A stretch of DNA of 64,000 nucleotides from Deltaproteobacteria bacterium (lineage in GTDB: Bacteria > Desulfobacterota > Binatia > Binatales > Binataceae): positions 33,095-97,094 of the forward strand of contig JAJYYI010000017.1 of assembly GCA_021801125.1 (NCBI GenBank), given 5' to 3'. The notes under the pieces were generated by a model, which was given only the letters and a program-made list of their open reading frames with translations, was not told the DNA's origin and did not search any database. Shown piece by piece: positions 47,569 to 59,154 of this stretch. The first letter of the stretch is position 1, and every line of letters starts with the position of its first letter. The position numbers were made by a program, and so were the translations under genes.

Positions 47569-48639
47569 CTAGGGTGCGGGATGCTGCTGCGTCAGGCAAT
47601 GAATCGTGCCGAGGCCGATCGCCAGAGCGGTGGCCTGGATCGGTATTACTTGGCGCTGCGGAAACAGACGCTGCAGGATATCGGCCGCGATCAGATCATT
47701 CGGACAGTTGAAAGTAGGCAAGAGCACGCTATTGTTTGCTATGTAGAAGTTTCCGTACGAAGCGGGAAGGCGTGCGCCACGGTGATAGACAGGCTGCGGC
47801 ATCGGCAGAGCGGTGATTCGAAACGGCCGGCCGCGTTCATCGCGCATCGCCGCGATCCGGTCCAGGTTGTCCTTGAGCGCCAGGTAATTCTCGTCTGTCG
47901 CATCGTTTTCCATCATGGCCACGATGTGATCGGGCGCGACGAAGCGGGCCAACTGGTCAATATGGCCGTCGGTGTCGTCGCCCGCGATCTTTCCGTCGAG
48001 CCAAAGGATTTTTGTCACGCCAAGGTAATCGCGGAGCAGGGGCTCAACAGTCTCTTTATTTGAACGCGCTCCGTTGCGGTTGGGGTTGAGCAAGCAAACC
48101 TCAGTCGTGAGAAGCGTCCCAGCTCCATTCACTTCGATTGATCCGCCCTCGAGCACAAAATCGAGGTCGCATACCGAAAAGCCGAGACGAGCACCCAATC
48201 GGCGCGGTACGGCGTCATCAAGCTCCCACGGTGGGTACTTTTCGCCCCATGCATTGAATCGCCAGTTAAGCGCAACCTGAGCAGGAAGGTTTCGTCCGGA
48301 GCCAGTTCGGTTCACGAAGACCGGACCAAAGTCTCGGATCCACGAGTCGTTAGTGGGAACGCGCAGCCAGTCGACTCGGTCCATTCGGGCATCCGCCTCG
48401 CGCAGCATCGCACAGGCGCCCTGCTCGACCTGGCCGTCCGGCACGAGGATGCGCACCCGCTCGCCGTTACTGAGAGCGGCGGCAACCTGCGCCATCGCGC
48501 GCCGCGCATCCTCCAGAGAGTCGGGCCATGTCTCGACGTTATGCGGCCACGCCAGAAAGGTCGCCTCGTGGGCTTCCCACTCGGCGGGCATCCGGTAATG
48601 TCCGGCGACGGAAGCGGCAGGCTGTTGGGCAACAGTCAC
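47569..48639 (-). CDS. aguA: Agmatine deiminase
   Basis: PAD_porph family (MPAEWEAHEATFLAWPH ... WIRDFGP ... C-terminal GTIHCLTQQ catalytic Cys). Confidence 0.85.
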   Translation of the reverse strand: MTVAQQPAASVAGHYRMPAEWEAHEATFLAWPHNVETWPDSLEDARRAMAQVAAALSNGERVRILVPDGQVEQGACAMLREADARMDRVDWLRVPTNDSWIRDFGPVFVNRTGSGRNLPAQVALNWRFNAWGEKYPPWELDDAVPRRLGARLGFSVCDLDFVLEGGSIEVNGAGTLLTTEVCLLNPNRNGARSNKETVEPLLRDYLGVTKILWLDGKIAGDDTDGHIDQLARFVAPDHIVAMMENDATDENYLALKDNLDRIAAMRDERGRPFRITALPMPQPVYHRGARLPASYGNFYIANNSVLLPTFNCPNDLIAADILQRLFPQRQVIPIQATALAIGLGTIHCLTQQHPAP

Positions 48640-48673
48640 TGGGCCTAACGGTATCGCGAAGGAACTAGCTTAA

Positions 48674-49534
48674 TTACTTGCGCCAGCGTTCGAGCAGGTC
48701 ACCATAGGCGTCGATCCGCCGGTCGCGCAGGAACGGCCATAACCGCCGCACGCGTTCGACCTTCTCAAGCTTGCATTCGGCCAGCAATATGTCTTCGTCG
48801 CTGCCCGCGCGCGCCAGCACTTCACCCAGCGGTCCCGCAACAAACGAATTGCCCCAAAACTCGATCTCGTCCTCGGTGCCCACGCGGTTAACCGCAGCGA
48901 CATATACGCCGTTGGCGATCGCGTGAGAGCGCTGGATCGTCTCCCAGGCGTCGCGCTGCTTCTCCCGCGCACTCGGCCGTTCGTCGCGGTACCATCCGAT
49001 CGCGGTGGGGTAAAAAAGAATCTGCGCCCCAGCCATCGCCGTCAGCCTTGCCGCCTCGGGGAACCACTGGTCCCAGCAGATAAGCACGCCGAGCGTGCCG
49101 TGGCTGGTGCGATGACTCAAGAATCCAAGATCGCCTGGGGCAAAGTAAAATTTCTCGTAATAGCCCGGGTCGTCGGGTATATGCATCTTGCGATAGCATC
49201 CCGCGATTTGGCCGTCAGCGTCGATTACAACGGCGCTGTTATGATAAACGCCCGCCGCGCGCCGTTCGAACACGGGAACGATGATCCCGATTTTGCGGGC
49301 TGCGGCAAGCTTGCTCATCGCCTGCGTGCTCGGCCCCGGAATCGGCTCGGCCAGATCGAACAATTGCGCATCCTCGCGCTGGCATAAATACGGCGTGCGA
49401 AAAAGCTCCTGCAAGCATACGACCTGCGCGCCCTGCGCGGCCGCGCGCTCGGTCATCGCCAGCGCCTTTTCAAGGTTGAGCGCCGGTTCCGTCGCGCACA
49501 TCATCTGAACCAGGCCGATTTGAACAGACTCCAT
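48674..49534 (-). CDS. aguB: N-carbamoylputrescine amidase (carbon-nitrogen hydrolase family)
   Basis: The CN-hydrolase Glu-Lys-Cys triad context (LQELF ... ICWDQWFPE) lies adjacent to aguA. The start is taken at the internal ATG (MESVQIGLVQM). Confidence 0.8.
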   Translation of the reverse strand: MESVQIGLVQMMCATEPALNLEKALAMTERAAAQGAQVVCLQELFRTPYLCQREDAQLFDLAEPIPGPSTQAMSKLAAARKIGIIVPVFERRAAGVYHNSAVVIDADGQIAGCYRKMHIPDDPGYYEKFYFAPGDLGFLSHRTSHGTLGVLICWDQWFPEAARLTAMAGAQILFYPTAIGWYRDERPSAREKQRDAWETIQRSHAIANGVYVAAVNRVGTEDEIEFWGNSFVAGPLGEVLARAGSDEDILLAECKLEKVERVRRLWPFLRDRRIDAYGDLLERWRK

Positions 49535-49779
49535 AGGCAATTTACTAGCAACCGCAGCAAGCCAACGCCAGCGCCGCCGCATCGAGCGCCCGTCCGAGGC
49601 GCGCACGTGATGAGCAACGGCGCTGCGGCCGCCACTCTAGACGGGCGGCTATTTTTCTCGCCTGAGCTTTCGCCGCGCGAGCCGCGCTGCTATAAGGTCT
49701 AGAGCGCGATTCGACCTCGCGGTTGTAACTCGCCCGATTTGGGAATTAAATAAAACTTTGAGCGTTATATCCAATTGGC

Positions 49780-49918
49780 CCGGCGGCCGCCGGCCGCTGA
49801 TAGCCGGGTCCCGCGCAAGGGAAGGCCGCGAACCCCGCCAGGTCCGGAAGGAAGCAACGGCACCGGCTCAATCTCTGTGCCGCGGGGGTGCCTGGCTATC
49901 ATTTGACCGGCGGCGCCG
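49780..49918 (+). ncRNA. ffs: Signal recognition particle RNA (4.5S / ffs-like); ends approximate
   Basis: CAGGUCCGGAAGGAAGCAACGGCA matches the universally conserved SRP RNA domain-IV motif (..GGUCCGGAAGGAAGCAGC..). The 5' and 3' arms pair (GCUGAUAGCC with GGCUAUCA, and GC-rich extensions). Its location immediately upstream of dnaX is classic. Confidence 0.65.
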
Positions 49919-49944
49919 GGCTTACGTGATTGAGGGATAAGGCG

Positions 49945-51957
49945 ATGGCCGAGGACGCTTCATCCCATCTGGTACTGGCGCGCAAATGGCGACCAGGGCG
50001 CCTTGAAGACCTGGTGGGCCAGGAGCACGTCACGCGCATCCTAAGACAGGCGCTGGCGAGCAGGCGCGTGGCTCACGCCTTTTTGTTCTGTGGTATTCAC
50101 GGCGTCGGCAAGACCTCGGCCGCGCGAATTCTCGCGCGATGTTTGAATTGTACCCGCGGACCGACCTGCGAACCGTGCGGCGAATGCCAGCCATGCGTGG
50201 AGATCAGCGAAGGGAGGTCGCTGGACGTCGTCGAGATCGACGGCGCCACATATCGCAAGATTGACGATGCTCGCGCGATTATCGAAAACCTAGCTTATCG
50301 CCCAGCCCGCGACCGATACAAGGTCTACATCATCGACGAAGCGCATCAGCTGACCGATCAAGCCTTCAACGCGCTGCTGAAAACGCTCGAGGAGCCGCCC
50401 GCGCACGTCAAGTTCATCCTGGCGACCACCGAGCCGCAGAAGATGCCGGAAACGATCCTGTCGCGCCTCCAGCGCTATGACTTCCGGCGTATCCCATCAG
50501 CGCAAATAGTCGCGCGTCTGGGTGACCTTGCCAAACGCGAGGGCGTTACCGTAGAAACGGGCGCGCTGACGCTGATCGCGCGCGAGGCCGGTGGCAGCAT
50601 GCGCGACGCTGAACGCATGCTCGAGACGGCGGTTGCGATGGCGCCCGACGGCGTGCGCGAGAGCGAAGTTGCCGCCGCGCTGGGCGTCGCCAGCCGCAGT
50701 CGAATCCTAGCGCTCGTCGAGACGATTTTAAACCGCAACCCCGCGCGAGCGTTGCACGCCGTGCGCCAGGCTTACACTGACGGTGCGCGAGTCGAAGCGC
50801 TCGGCCATGACTTGTTAGAGACGATACGCAATCTTGCGCACGCCAAGCTGAGCGCAGGGCAGGGCGGCGAGGGGCTGCTTGACACCCTGCCGGATCAGGA
50901 GGCCACCGACCTGAGCCGACTTGCTCAAGCACCGTCGCTGCGTGACATCACGCGGTTGTTCCGACTGATGGCTCAGGCGCAAGAGGAGATTCTCCGCTCG
51001 CCATACCCTGAGCTGTTGTTGGAAATGGCGGTGGTACGGATGGCCACCCTGGCGCCGGTCCTGGATGCGGACGAGCTGATGCGCGCGATCGAGCGAGCGC
51101 AAGCCGCGCAGCCAGCCGACCGGCCGGACGCGCGCGCCCGCTCCACGCGGAGCAATTCGGCGCTGCCGACGGGCTTAAGAGATTCGGCCGCGAGGAGGAC
51201 CGCGAGCGACTCGGCCCCGAACATTCCCTCGACAGGGTCGCCGCAGTTGAATAATCCGACCGAAAGACCGCAACAATCGGCGTCGCCGCAGACCCAGCCC
51301 GCCGAGAGCGTTGCCGGGCTCGACGCGGATCCGACGCAGCGGCCACGTGGCGTACAGCACATTCGCGTTGAAGGCGAGGTGAAGGCCGACGCGCCGCGTC
51401 GCGTGGCAGACGAGGCGTCGATGCCTGATCTACCTGAGCTTCGCGAGTATATACGCTCTAAGAAGGGAGCTCTTGCGGCCTTTATGGAACACGGCGCAAG
51501 CCTCGCGCTCGAGGGAGACACGCTCGTCGTGACCGCCCGCGACGGCATCTACGTGCGCTACTTTAACGATCACCTCAAAACATTCGCCGAGCTCGCCTCG
51601 CAGTTCTATAGGAAGCCGATCGCCGCAAGGATGAGGACCGAACCCTCGACGGCTGGTGGCGCTCCCGACGTGGCTGCGCCCGGGACCGTATCGAGCGCCA
51701 ATGATGAAGACCTCTACGATGAAGCGCAGACAGCCTCGACCGCGCCGGCGAACGCTCACGCGGAATCCGACGCCAAGATGCGCCAAAACAATCGCGCATC
51801 CAGAAGCGAGGCGCTGAAAGCCGACCCGGTGGTGCGGATGATCCTTGACCAACTCGACGCTCGATTGGTGAGCGTCCGAAGCCGCGCGCCCCGCGCCGAA
51901 ATTGAACCAGCAGAGCAAGCGGGCCAGGCAGTAAAAGGGGGTTCTAACCGTGGCTGA
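49945..51957 (+). CDS. dnaX: DNA polymerase III subunits gamma/tau
   Basis: AAA+ clamp-loader motifs (GIHGVGKTS Walker A, Zn-module CxxC...CxxC, DEAHQLT, SRLQRY sensor). Confidence 0.9.
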   Translation: MAEDASSHLVLARKWRPGRLEDLVGQEHVTRILRQALASRRVAHAFLFCGIHGVGKTSAARILARCLNCTRGPTCEPCGECQPCVEISEGRSLDVVEIDGATYRKIDDARAIIENLAYRPARDRYKVYIIDEAHQLTDQAFNALLKTLEEPPAHVKFILATTEPQKMPETILSRLQRYDFRRIPSAQIVARLGDLAKREGVTVETGALTLIAREAGGSMRDAERMLETAVAMAPDGVRESEVAAALGVASRSRILALVETILNRNPARALHAVRQAYTDGARVEALGHDLLETIRNLAHAKLSAGQGGEGLLDTLPDQEATDLSRLAQAPSLRDITRLFRLMAQAQEEILRSPYPELLLEMAVVRMATLAPVLDADELMRAIERAQAAQPADRPDARARSTRSNSALPTGLRDSAARRTASDSAPNIPSTGSPQLNNPTERPQQSASPQTQPAESVAGLDADPTQRPRGVQHIRVEGEVKADAPRRVADEASMPDLPELREYIRSKKGALAAFMEHGASLALEGDTLVVTARDGIYVRYFNDHLKTFAELASQFYRKPIAARMRTEPSTAGGAPDVAAPGTVSSANDEDLYDEAQTASTAPANAHAESDAKMRQNNRASRSEALKADPVVRMILDQLDARLVSVRSRAPRAEIEPAEQAGQAVKGGSNRG

Positions 51958-52276
51958 ACTCGACCTCACAGCCCTGTTCAAGCAAGCACAAGCCTTGCAG
52001 GCAAAGCTTCAGGAAATGCAGGAAGGAGCGGCGAACAGGACCGTCGAGGCCGAGTCCGGCGGCGGGATGGTACGCGTGGTCGTGGATGGTTCGATGCGCG
52101 TGCGCAGCGTAACCGTCGATCCGGTGCTGCTTTCAAACGGCGACAAGGCGATGCTCGAAGACTTGGTGGTGGCAGCCGTCAACGAAGGGCTTCGCCGCGC
52201 TCAGGAGATGATGAGCGGCGAGTTCGGTAAGCTCGCCGGAGGGTTGCAGGGCGTTAAGTTGCCGTCAGGCGAGTGA
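51950..52276 (+). CDS. ybaB: Nucleoid-associated protein YbaB/EbfC
   Basis: 108-aa protein with FKQAQALQAKLQEMQE ... VVVDGSMRV pattern, between dnaX and recR. Confidence 0.85.
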   Translation: MAELDLTALFKQAQALQAKLQEMQEGAANRTVEAESGGGMVRVVVDGSMRVRSVTVDPVLLSNGDKAMLEDLVVAAVNEGLRRAQEMMSGEFGKLAGGLQGVKLPSGE

Positions 52277-52303
52277 GCCCGGACCGGGCCTGCCGTTTCA
52301 ACC

Positions 52304-52933
52304 ATGGCGGAAAACCATCGTAACAGCGAAGGCCTGCCGTCGGCGATGACGCGCTTGGTGCGCTCGCTCGCGCGATTGCCGGGAATCGGGGAAAAAACGG
52401 CCACTCGTCTTGTATTGGTGTTGTTGAGTTGGCCGCGCGAGCGCGTGATCGAATTAGCCGAGTCGCTGCTTGAGATGAAAGAGCGCGTGGGTCTATGCAC
52501 GTCATGCTTTGGCCTGTCCGACACCGCGACCTGCAACGTGTGCGCGGATGCGCAGCGTGATCAGGGCTCAATCTGCGTGGTCGAGACACCCGCGGACCTG
52601 CTGGCAATAGAACGCGCAAGGGCCTTTAAAGGCGTTTACCACGTGCTGCACGGCGCGCTCGCTCCGGTTCAGGGTATCGGACCGGATGACCTGAAAATAA
52701 GCGAGTTAAGGGAGCGTATCGAACGCAACCCCGCCGGCACTGTGCGCGAGGTTATTATCGCGACCAACGCCACCGTCGAGGGCGACGCTACCGCGCTTTA
52801 TTTGGCTAAGGTACTTAGACCGCTGGGCATAAAGACCACACGGCTTGCGCGCGGCCTTCCGACCGGCAGCGATCTCGAATACAGCGACGTAGCCACGCTG
52901 AGCGCGGCGCTGAACTATCGGCGCGAGCTTTAG
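52304..52933 (+). CDS. recR: Recombination protein RecR
   Basis: HhH (LARLPGIGEKTA). C4 zinc finger (CTSCFGLSDTATCNVC). Toprim domain. Confidence 0.85.
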   Translation: MAENHRNSEGLPSAMTRLVRSLARLPGIGEKTATRLVLVLLSWPRERVIELAESLLEMKERVGLCTSCFGLSDTATCNVCADAQRDQGSICVVETPADLLAIERARAFKGVYHVLHGALAPVQGIGPDDLKISELRERIERNPAGTVREVIIATNATVEGDATALYLAKVLRPLGIKTTRLARGLPTGSDLEYSDVATLSAALNYRREL

Positions 52934-53064
52934 GGCGCTTTCGCCAAATCTCCCGCGGAAAAGACGAACGCCGCCACGTAGGGCTGCGCTCGGGCTATCG
53001 GCCTTTGAGTGCTCAAGGCACTGCCGACTGGTCGCCCTCGGCTAACTAAACGCTCGCGCAATCC

Positions 53065-55014
53065 CTACGCGAGCGCGGGCTTAGGCGGCAACACGAGCAC
53101 GCCCGGCTCTTTGTCGCGCTCGGCCTGCTTGGCCTTATCCCTAGCGCTTTCCGGCGCAGATGGCAGTCCACCCGCGGGTGGGATTGCCGCTTGGTTAGGG
53201 GCACTTTCGGCCGCGCCTTCACCCTCGCGAACGCGCTTAACGATAGCCTCTACCTCGCTGCCGTTCAGCACCTCTTTTTCGAGCAAATCCTCAGCGACAG
53301 CGTGAAGGACGTTGATGTGCTCGGAGAGCAATGTGCGGGCGCGCTGGTAAGCCTCGTTGACGATCCGGTGAACTTCGCGGTCGATTTCTATGGCGGTTTG
53401 CTCAGAGTAATCCTTGTGGCGAGCGATATCGCGTCCCAGAAAGATCTGCTCCTCCTTACGTCCGAAGGCGATCGGTCCGAGGTTCTCGCTCATGCCCCAC
53501 TCACACACCATTTTGCGCGCCAGCTCGCTAGCCTTCTCGATATCGTCTCCGGCGCCCGTGGTCACGTGGCCAAACACGATCTCTTCGGCAACGCGCCCGC
53601 CGAACATCATCGCGAGCCGCGTCATCAAATATTCACTCGAGTAAGTATAGCGATCGTCGAGCGGGAGTTGTTGTGTAACGCCGAGCGCCATTCCGCGCGG
53701 AATAATCGTTACCTTGTGAACCGGGTCGGCGCCGGGCGACAAAATCGCCACGAGCGCGTGACCAGCCTCGTGGTAAGCGGTGTTGCGCCGCTCAGCCATC
53801 GACATCACCAGCGAGCGCCGCTCCACGCCCATCAGCACCTTGTCCTTGGCCACCTCAAACTCGTTCATGCCGACTTTGTCCTTGTTGCGGCGCGCCGCCA
53901 GCAAGGCGGCCTCGTTAACCAAGTTCTCGAGGTCGGCACCCGCGAAACCCGGTGTCGCGCGAGCGAGTTGATCGACTGACACGTCCTCGTTAACCGGCAC
54001 TTTACGAATATGAACGCGCAGAATTTCCTCACGCCCCTTTACGTCCGGGCGCGGAACCACCACGCGGCGGTCAAAACGACCGGGACGCAGCAGCGCGGGA
54101 TCGAGCACGTCGGGGCGGTTGGTAGCGGCAACCAGAATCACGCCCTCGTTGGCCTCGAAACCATCCATCTCCACAAGCAACTGGTTCAGGGTCTGCTCGC
54201 GTTCGTCGTGGCCTCCACCTAATCCGGCGCCCCGATGGCGCCCGACGGCGTCAATTTCATCAATAAAAATGATGCACGGCGCGTGCTTTTTGCCCTGCAC
54301 GAACAAGTCGCGCACGCGCGAGGCGCCCACGCCGACAAACATCTCAACAAAGTCGGAACCGGAAATGGAGAAGAACGGTACCCCTGCTTCGCCCGCGATC
54401 GCGCGCGCCAGCAGCGTCTTGCCGGTGCCCGGCGACCCGACCAGAAGCACGCCCTTCGGGATACGCCCACCGAGGCGAGTAAAGCGCTTCGGGTCGCGCA
54501 GGAACTGGATGATCTCCTGCAGTTCTTCTTTGGCTTCCTCTATTCCCGCCACGTCGGCGAAGGTCACTTTTGCGGTGTTCTCGTTGAGCAATTTCGCCCG
54601 GCTCTTGCCGAACGACATCGCCTTCCCACCACCGATTTGCATCTGGCGCATAAAGAAAATCCAGACGCCAACCAGCAGGAGCATCGGGAACCACTGCACC
54701 AGCGCGACCATCCACCACGGATCGCCCTCTTCCGGCTTGGCGGCGATCTTTACGCCTTTACGCCGCAGCAGGCTGATTAGGTCCGGGTCTTGGGGTGCGT
54801 AGGTGCGAAAGCGCTCGCCCTGGAGGGTGCGGCCGTGGATCAAATTTCCCTGGATCGTAACTTCAGCGACCTGCCCTTTTTCGACCTGATTGGTAAAGTC
54901 GGAGAAGATTACCTCGGGCTCATGAGGCCGTTGTCTGCTGAAAATGTTGAAGACCAGCAGAAACATCATCCCTAGCACGAGCCAGAGAGCGATGGTTCGC
55001 GAGAATTGATTCAT
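53065..55014 (-). CDS. ftsH: ATP-dependent zinc metalloprotease FtsH
   Basis: Two N-terminal TM helices. AAA module ([19 protein letters not shown]). HEAGHAL zinc site. Confidence 0.95.
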   Translation of the reverse strand: MNQFSRTIALWLVLGMMFLLVFNIFSRQRPHEPEVIFSDFTNQVEKGQVAEVTIQGNLIHGRTLQGERFRTYAPQDPDLISLLRRKGVKIAAKPEEGDPWWMVALVQWFPMLLLVGVWIFFMRQMQIGGGKAMSFGKSRAKLLNENTAKVTFADVAGIEEAKEELQEIIQFLRDPKRFTRLGGRIPKGVLLVGSPGTGKTLLARAIAGEAGVPFFSISGSDFVEMFVGVGASRVRDLFVQGKKHAPCIIFIDEIDAVGRHRGAGLGGGHDEREQTLNQLLVEMDGFEANEGVILVAATNRPDVLDPALLRPGRFDRRVVVPRPDVKGREEILRVHIRKVPVNEDVSVDQLARATPGFAGADLENLVNEAALLAARRNKDKVGMNEFEVAKDKVLMGVERRSLVMSMAERRNTAYHEAGHALVAILSPGADPVHKVTIIPRGMALGVTQQLPLDDRYTYSSEYLMTRLAMMFGGRVAEEIVFGHVTTGAGDDIEKASELARKMVCEWGMSENLGPIAFGRKEEQIFLGRDIARHKDYSEQTAIEIDREVHRIVNEAYQRARTLLSEHINVLHAVAEDLLEKEVLNGSEVEAIVKRVREGEGAAESAPNQAAIPPAGGLPSAPESARDKAKQAERDKEPGVLVLPPKPALA

Positions 55015-56522
55015 TTCAATCTAACCTGATTAAACGCTAGCATGGGGGTTTGCCTTCGGGCAATCAGCGAACGGGCGCGCAACTTTAGCACTGTCGACGT
55101 CTGCGCGCGCACCAAAGCCCGCCGGGAACGCGCGAGTCCGGGCACCCATACGATTTCCCCATTTAGCGTCACTACGGGAAAATTAGCCCGCCGCGGTCGC
55201 GGAATGTGCCGCTCCCGAAACAAATGCTTGAGTTTGCGGCTCGAATTGTCGCCCATTATCGTTAGGCGGTCGCCGGGGCGGAAATTCCTCACCCGAAGGC
55301 CGTCGCCAAGCTCGCTCGCGTCAAACCAAGCCTCGTCCGGAGGGAGCATCGGCACCGCCCCGTCAGCCGGCCCCAACGAAGCGTCGAACCTAACCTGAGC
55401 GGGCTCGACAACCGTGACGCCTGGCACATTGAGCGTCACGTCGAAGGCTTGCGCGGTTGGTTTTGCGCCAAAACTGCGCTCAAGGAGGAGCAATTGATAT
55501 TGGCGCCGGGCAATAAGATGACCAGGCAAGTTTACAAGCCCATTGGGCGGACCAAAAAGGCTCAAATGGACTACGGCATCGACGTGCGACCGCTCGACCC
55601 GCCGCAAAGAGCCTACGCTGCGCGCGATAAATTCGCGTATCATCGCGGCGACTAAGGCTTGGGGCAACTCTCCGACGCCACTGATATCAAGCCCGCCGAC
55701 AGCAACAGATGCGACCGTGGAATCGCTCATAGAATTCGCCACGACCGGCTCCGGACCAGCGCTCTCCACACCCAGCGCGTCCGCCGTGACCAAACGACGT
55801 TCGAGTTCGCCAGAAGCGAGGGCGGTCACAAGCCGGTCAAGGCGCTCCATTTCGACACCGAGCGCGCACAGCCGACCGGACAACCCGCAAGCGAACTGCG
55901 ACTCCAGCAGCGGAATCAGGTCGTGCCTGATGCGGTTTCTCAAGCGCTCGGGGGAGCTGTTACTGCTATCGGCAACCCACGCGGCATCTATTTCGCTGAG
56001 GTAGCTTAGGATCTCCCGGCGAGTTGCGCCGAGCAATGGTCGGATCAAATTTCCCGGTCCGGCCTCGGCCATCCCCTTAAGACCCCTGATTCCCGCGCCG
56101 CGAATAAGCCGCATCAGGATCGTCTCGGCCTGGTCGTCGCGATTGTGACCGAGCGCGATCCGCTTGGCCTGACGCGACGCGGCGACGCGGCGCAAGAAAT
56201 CCAAGCGCGAGACGCGCGCGCGTTCCTCCAGATTCGGCATCGTGGGGTAAAGGCCGCTTGCCGTTTCCACCGTGAGCGGCACGGCGATCTCTACGCACAG
56301 CGCGCGCACGAAACGCTCGTCGCGCTGGGACTCCTCGGCCCGCAAACCATGATTGAAGTGGGCAGCGCTTAGGCGCATCTCCCACTGCGGCGCCAGCGCA
56401 ACCAGGGCACGCAAAAGTGCGACGGAGTCGGGGCCGCCTGACAAGGCGACCAGGACTGACTCGCCGCGCTCGACCCCGATTCGGCCGAGCGCGCGCGCAA
56501 CAATTCTCTCAACCGTATGCAC
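55011..56522 (-). CDS. tilS: tRNA(Ile)-lysidine synthetase
   Basis: PP-loop SGGPDS near the N-terminus. Classic tilS-ftsH adjacency with a 4-nt overlap. Confidence 0.8.
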   Translation of the reverse strand: MHTVERIVARALGRIGVERGESVLVALSGGPDSVALLRALVALAPQWEMRLSAAHFNHGLRAEESQRDERFVRALCVEIAVPLTVETASGLYPTMPNLEERARVSRLDFLRRVAASRQAKRIALGHNRDDQAETILMRLIRGAGIRGLKGMAEAGPGNLIRPLLGATRREILSYLSEIDAAWVADSSNSSPERLRNRIRHDLIPLLESQFACGLSGRLCALGVEMERLDRLVTALASGELERRLVTADALGVESAGPEPVVANSMSDSTVASVAVGGLDISGVGELPQALVAAMIREFIARSVGSLRRVERSHVDAVVHLSLFGPPNGLVNLPGHLIARRQYQLLLLERSFGAKPTAQAFDVTLNVPGVTVVEPAQVRFDASLGPADGAVPMLPPDEAWFDASELGDGLRVRNFRPGDRLTIMGDNSSRKLKHLFRERHIPRPRRANFPVVTLNGEIVWVPGLARSRRALVRAQTSTVLKLRARSLIARRQTPMLAFNQVRLK

Positions 56523-56709
56523 GGCACGCTGCGCCCGCTTGAGCCATAGGCGAACTCGCTTCGCTAAGACCGTAGGCTAACGACTAGGTCTTAGCGGCAA
56601 CAGGGCTTGAACGTCTGCGGCCGCACCGGCTGCAGCGACCGCGACGGGAGCGGAGCATTCTGCTCGCTCTTCTGAAAGCGGGCCGGTTATCAGGCTGGCA
56701 CGATGGCTC

Positions 56710-57021
56710 CTATCCGGGAAGTTGTTCGAGCAAATTCAATATAATGCTAATGCCGGGCAGGTTGACTTCCAATTCCTCGGCGAGCGTCGAGATAAGCCGA
56801 GCACGCTTAAGCGCGGCGGCGTCGTATAGCGCCACCTCGCCACCACCGCGCTTTACGAACGTCGCGGGCCGGATCAGTTCTTCGCGCTCCCACAGCGTCA
56901 GCTCCCGTTCGGAAATGTGGCATATCGTGCAGAGCACGGCGCGCGAATAGAGCGTGGACGAGCGGGATTGTTGCCGGTTGCGGTTTTGCCTGGAAGCAGT
57001 TGTCCGCCTGACCATCCTCAA
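56710..57021 (-). CDS. cbpM: CbpM-like (MerR-type) chaperone modulator
   Basis: ~100-aa protein, 4-nt overlap downstream of the DnaJ-like gene. MerR-like HTH-type N-terminus. Similarity to CbpM recalled from memory (moderate). Confidence 0.5.
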   Translation of the reverse strand: MRMVRRTTASRQNRNRQQSRSSTLYSRAVLCTICHISERELTLWEREELIRPATFVKRGGGEVALYDAAALKRARLISTLAEELEVNLPGISIILNLLEQLPG

Positions 57022-58091
57022 CTCCCCAAAAGTTCGCTGCGAGGGTCGGCCGGGTGGCGCGCGCGATGACGCTCCGCGAGCTGGCGCATCAAGGCGCGCT
57101 CGCTCTCGGACAGGCCGGTCGGCGCCAGCACCTTGAGTTCGTATTGCAGATCACCCGCCGGCTCTTTCCCCCGGCCTGGGATGCCGCGGCCTTTAATTCG
57201 CAACACCCGGCCGGTTTGGCTCTCCGGCGGGATTCTCAACGACACGCGTCCTGTGGGCGTCGGGACGGTGATTTCAGTTCCTAAAGCCGCCTCGTAATCC
57301 CACAGCGGCAGGAGGCAGCGAACGTGGCGCCCGTCAACGGTAAAGACTTTGTCAGGCTTAAGACGCAGGCTTAGGTATAGATCGCCGTTGAGATCAGGCT
57401 TGGAGCCGCGTCCGCCCTGCCCTTTCAGGCGCATCCTCATTCCATTGGTCACGCCTGGCGGAATAGTCACTTCGAGCGCGCGGCGGCTTGAAATTATCCC
57501 GCTTCCGCCGCATGCAGGGCAAGGTCGAGCGCTGTGAATCACCCGACTATGCCCATGCCGCTCCTCTTCCATCACTAAGCCGGAGCCGCCACAGCTGGTA
57601 CATTCATCCTGAACGGCCATTTCTATTCGCCGCTGGGCTCCGGTGATCGCTTCCTTTAGCGTTACCTCCAGCTCCGCTTCGGCGTCCGGAGCGCGTTGGG
57701 CACCGCGCGCCCGCGCGCCCAAGCCTTCGAACGGAGAAAAGCCGTAACGTTCCCCACGCGGTTCGAAGCCGAAGAAGCTTTCGAAGAAATCGCTGAAGCC
57801 GCCGGTACCCGCGCGCGGCCCCTGGCTCCAGGCATAGCGGCGACGAAGCTCGTCCTCGCTTGTGCCTCGCTCGAAGTCCGCTCCGAGTTGGTCGTATTTC
57901 TTACGTTTCTCGGCGTCGCCAAGGACCTGATACGCCTCGTTGATCTCCTTGAACTTGCGCTCGGCTTCCTTGTTGCCGGGGTTGACGTCGGGGTGATACT
58001 TACGGGCAAGCTTGCGGTAGGCGGTCTTGATATCCGCCGCCGAAGCATCGCGTTTCACGCCCAAAACGTTGTAATAGTCTCGAAATTCCAT
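57018..58091 (-). CDS. DnaJ-family co-chaperone (CbpA/DnaJ-like; J domain plus two CxxCxGxG repeats plus C-terminal substrate-binding domains)
   Basis: J domain with [15 protein letters not shown] and CPACGGSG zinc-finger repeats. Confidence 0.8.
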   Translation of the reverse strand: MEFRDYYNVLGVKRDASAADIKTAYRKLARKYHPDVNPGNKEAERKFKEINEAYQVLGDAEKRKKYDQLGADFERGTSEDELRRRYAWSQGPRAGTGGFSDFFESFFGFEPRGERYGFSPFEGLGARARGAQRAPDAEAELEVTLKEAITGAQRRIEMAVQDECTSCGGSGLVMEEERHGHSRVIHSARPCPACGGSGIISSRRALEVTIPPGVTNGMRMRLKGQGGRGSKPDLNGDLYLSLRLKPDKVFTVDGRHVRCLLPLWDYEAALGTEITVPTPTGRVSLRIPPESQTGRVLRIKGRGIPGRGKEPAGDLQYELKVLAPTGLSESERALMRQLAERHRARHPADPRSELLGS

Positions 58092-58173
58092 CGGCTAGCT
58101 TACCGCTTCTCGCGGCGTCGCATTCCGTCCCGCCCGAGCCATCTGCCCTCCATCTGTGCAGGCACCGGTGCCT

Positions 58174-58374
58174 TCACGCGCCGCTAACGCCTCGACCCTC
58201 GGGCATCTCGCTTTTGACCGCCCCGCTCTTGCGGAAAATCTCGCGAACTTCCTGCTCGAGGTGCGAGAGTTCATCTTCAAGGCGCACCTGGCGACGCCAC
58301 AGCGACAGCACATATAAAAAGATAGCCACGAATATTATGCTGTACGCGGCAAAAAGGTAGGAGAGATGGTTCAT
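58174..58374 (-). CDS. ccmD: Heme exporter protein CcmD
   Basis: 66-aa single-TM protein (YSIIFVAIFLYVLSLWRRQ) overlapping the ccmC stop, i.e. the canonical position. Confidence 0.6.
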   Translation of the reverse strand: MNHLSYLFAAYSIIFVAIFLYVLSLWRRQVRLEDELSHLEQEVREIFRKSGAVKSEMPEGRGVSGA

Positions 58375-59081
58375 GACGTGGCGTCCTCGGTTACCTGAGC
58401 GGAGGCGAGGGTCTGTCTCAGTTGATAAATTCGCGATTTAACGCGCAGCGTCTTCAGCCGCAGCCAAAACAGCCATGCGTACAGCAGCGTAACGGCCACC
58501 ATCGAAACGAGAAGCGTCTGCACCATGCGCGGATCCTCAAGCCCGTGCTCTCCTGAGCGAGTGATCAACACCGCGGGATGAATCGTTCGCCACAAGCGCA
58601 CCGAGATGACAATCAGCGGGATGTCGAGGACGGCGATAATCGCCACCACCGCCGCCAAGCGCGCCACCTGCTCGCTATCCTCGCCGATCACGCGAAGCAT
58701 CAGGTAGCCGCTATAAAGCAACCACAAAATAAAGGTTGTCGTCAGCCGCGAATCCCACGTCCACCAGGTGCCCCAGATGGGCTTAGCCCATAGCGAACCA
58801 GTGATCAACACCAGCGTGCAGAAGAGCATGCCGACTTCCGCGGCTGCGTAGCCAATGTCGTCCCAAAGTTGTTGCGCAAAAAACAGATAAAGGCCGCCGG
58901 CGATAGCGCTTAGACCGAATCCCATGAAGGCAGCCCACGCGCACGGCACGTGGAAATAAAAGATTCGCTGGACGATTCCCTGGTCGGCTTCGGTCGGGAC
59001 ATAAACGAAGACCATGAACAACGCGACCGGAACCAGCGTGCAGGTAACGGCGGCGAATACGGTGCTCGGTGACAACCTCAT
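58371..59081 (-). CDS. ccmC: Heme exporter protein CcmC
   Basis: WWD motif (WGTWWTWDSRLT). Six TM helices. Confidence 0.85.
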   Translation of the reverse strand: MRLSPSTVFAAVTCTLVPVALFMVFVYVPTEADQGIVQRIFYFHVPCAWAAFMGFGLSAIAGGLYLFFAQQLWDDIGYAAAEVGMLFCTLVLITGSLWAKPIWGTWWTWDSRLTTTFILWLLYSGYLMLRVIGEDSEQVARLAAVVAIIAVLDIPLIVISVRLWRTIHPAVLITRSGEHGLEDPRMVQTLLVSMVAVTLLYAWLFWLRLKTLRVKSRIYQLRQTLASAQVTEDATS

Positions 59082-59154
59082 CCTTCTTATATGATACGCG
59101 GCGGCGCGGGTTTAGACCCACCCACGGCTCGTTACTCTTCCGCTCGCGGGGACC

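Noticed and set aside
49758-49940. 60-aa ORF over the ffs locus
   Set aside because: It overlaps the conserved SRP RNA sequence. Not protein-coding.
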